DNA from: Narcine bancroftii
Lineage: Eukaryota
Direction: 5' to 3'
DNA length: 64,000 bases
Assembly (NCBI RefSeq): GCF_036971445.1
Contig: NC_091470.1
Coordinates: forward strand, 298,406,001 to 298,470,000
A program made the position numbers and the translations under genes. Below, piece after piece: positions 62,025 through 64,000 of the stretch (its first letter is position 1; each line of letters starts with the position of its first letter). A model generated the notes under the pieces. It had not been told where the DNA came from, did not search any database, and saw only the letters and a program-made list of their open reading frames with translations.

Positions 62025-64000
62025 CATAGAAAATTACACCACAGAAGCAGGCCCTTCAGCCTTCTTGTCTGTGCTGAACTATTATTTTGCCTGGTCCCAA
62101 TGACCTTCAACCAGTCCACAGCCCTCCATACCTCTGCTATCCATGTACTTTCTTAAGTGTTAAAGTTGAGCCCGCATTTACCACTTCAGCTGGCAGCTCA
62201 TTCCACACCCCCACCACTTTGTGTGAAGAAATTCCCCCTAATGTTCCTCCTCCACTCTTAACCCATGTCTTCTGATTTGTATCTCATCTACCCTCAGTGG
62301 AAAAAACATTTACTCTGACTATACCCCTCATAATTTTAAATACCTTTACCCAATCTCCCCTCATTCTAACCTGTCTCTGAAACTCAGTTCCTGAAGTCCA
62401 GGCAACATCCTAATAAATCTTCTTTGCATGGTTTCTATTTTATTGATATCTTTCCTGTAGTTAGGTGACCAAAACTACAAACAATATTCCAAATTTGGCC
62501 TCATCAATGTCTTCTACAACTTCAACATAACATCCCAATTCCTACTATCAATACTTTGATTTATGAAGGTAAATATGCCAAAATCTCTCTTTACCTGTGA
62601 TATCACTTTCAGGGAATTAGGTATCTGTATTCCTAGATTCCTTTGTTCGACCACACTACTCAGTGCCCTACCATTTACCATGCATTTCCTTTCTTGGTTT
62701 ATCCTTCCAAAATGCAACTCTTCACACTTGTCTACATTAAATCCAAACTGCCATTTTCATCCCATTTTTTCAGCTGGTCCAGATCCCTCTGCAAGCTTTG
62801 AAAGCTTTCCTCACTGTCCACATCTCAAATCTTTCTCTCCTTTGCAAATTTGCTGATAAAATTTACCATATTATCATCCAGAACACAAATAACAATGGTC
62901 CCAGCATCAATCCCTGAGGCACACTACTAGCCTAAGGTCTCCAGTCTTAGAAGTAATCATCCTCTACTACTCTCCTGTACAGCCAATGTTGAATCCTGTT
63001 TACTACTTCACCATGAATGCCGAGCATCTGAACCTTGATGACTAACCTCCCATGTGGGACCTTGTCAAGAGCCTTACTAAACTCCATGCAGACAACATCT
63101 ACAGCCTTTCTTTCACCAACTTTCCTGGTAACCTCCTTGATAAACACTACAAGATTAATTAAACACAACCTACCAGGTACAAAGTGATGTTGACTATCCC
63201 CAATCAGATTTCTTAGAACACCTTCTGAGAACTTACCTACTACTGAAGTCAAGCCCACCAGCCTATAATTTCCAGGGTTAATTTTGGAGCCCTTTTTTTA
63301 AAAAAAACCGGAACAATATGAACTATTGTCCAATTTAAAATGTCCTTATCTTGTGCTAAGGACATTATAAATATTTCTGCCAGAGACACTTAATTTCTAC
63401 ACTAGCCTCCCTCATGGCCTGAGAAATATCTTGTCAGGTCCTGGTGATTTACCCATCCTTATTTGCTTTAAGACTGCAAGTACCTCCTCCTCACTGCTTG
63501 TTTTCCTTACTTCCCTAGATTCTATGCCAGTTTCTTGAGTAAATACTGATGCAAAAATAAAACACAAGATCTCCCCCATCCCTTGTGGCTCCATACATAG
63601 CTGACCACTCTGACCTTCAAGCGGATCAATTTTATCCCTTACTTTCCTTTAGCTCTTAATATATTTTTAGAAACCCTTAGGATCTTCCCTCACATTGTCT
63701 GCCAAAGCATTCTAGTCTTCTTATAGCCTTCCTGATTTAATTCTTAAGGGTATTTTTTTTTCTCATTTTTCACATTTCTCAAGTACCTAATTTTCTCCAT
63801 GTGGCCTATACCTGCTATACTTTCACCTCTCTCCTCTTCCAAACCAGATCCCCAAGATCACTCAAAAACCAAGGTTCCCTATGCCTGTTAACTTTGCCTT
63901 TCATTCTGAATGGAACATACAAACTCTGTACTCTCAATATTTCACCTTTGAAATTCTTCCATTTGCCTCGCACGTCCCAATCCACACATTCCAGATCCTT
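62025..64000 (-). mobile_element. CR1 LINE (RT to 3' tail), running off the window
   Basis: GKSPGPDKI, LTSVVGK, VDVVCMEFSKALDKVPHGRL, MHFGRIN, and CR1 tail at about 62025. Confidence 0.92.

Overview
Eukaryotic, repeat-dense (~39% GC by eye) vertebrate DNA. The repeat complement (HE1/V-SINE-like and Deu-SINE-like SINEs, HER1-like CR1 LINEs, Rex1/Babar, L1, RTE, Penelope relics) points to a cartilaginous fish (shark/ray). Only one host coding exon is recognisable: the terminal exon of tgs1 (trimethylguanosine synthase 1; 47175-47065, minus strand), with a poly(A) signal about 30 nt after its stop; positions 47176-64000 are its last intron. By vertebrate synteny (TMEM68-TGS1-LYN-RPS20), a PU.1/ETS-rich promoter-like segment and a non-coding exon at about 4.3-4.6 kb (minus) are the likely 5' end of lyn; this is inference. 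The rest is nested, decayed transposons. The most unusual items are: a gag-only Gypsy element with no tRNA PBS, whose PBS position instead pairs with its own LTR poly(A) signal; hammerhead-ribozyme relics in Penelope-derived hairpin elements; a class III ERV fragment with a tRNA-Ser PBS; a tail-less retrocopy of an L1 5' end inside a full-length L1; a palindrome-of-palindromes hAT MITE; and a probable twin-primed Rex1 insertion. No intact transposon ORFs, tRNA, rRNA or CRISPR were seen. Boundaries of decayed repeats are approximate, and family calls come from motif recognition, not database searches.
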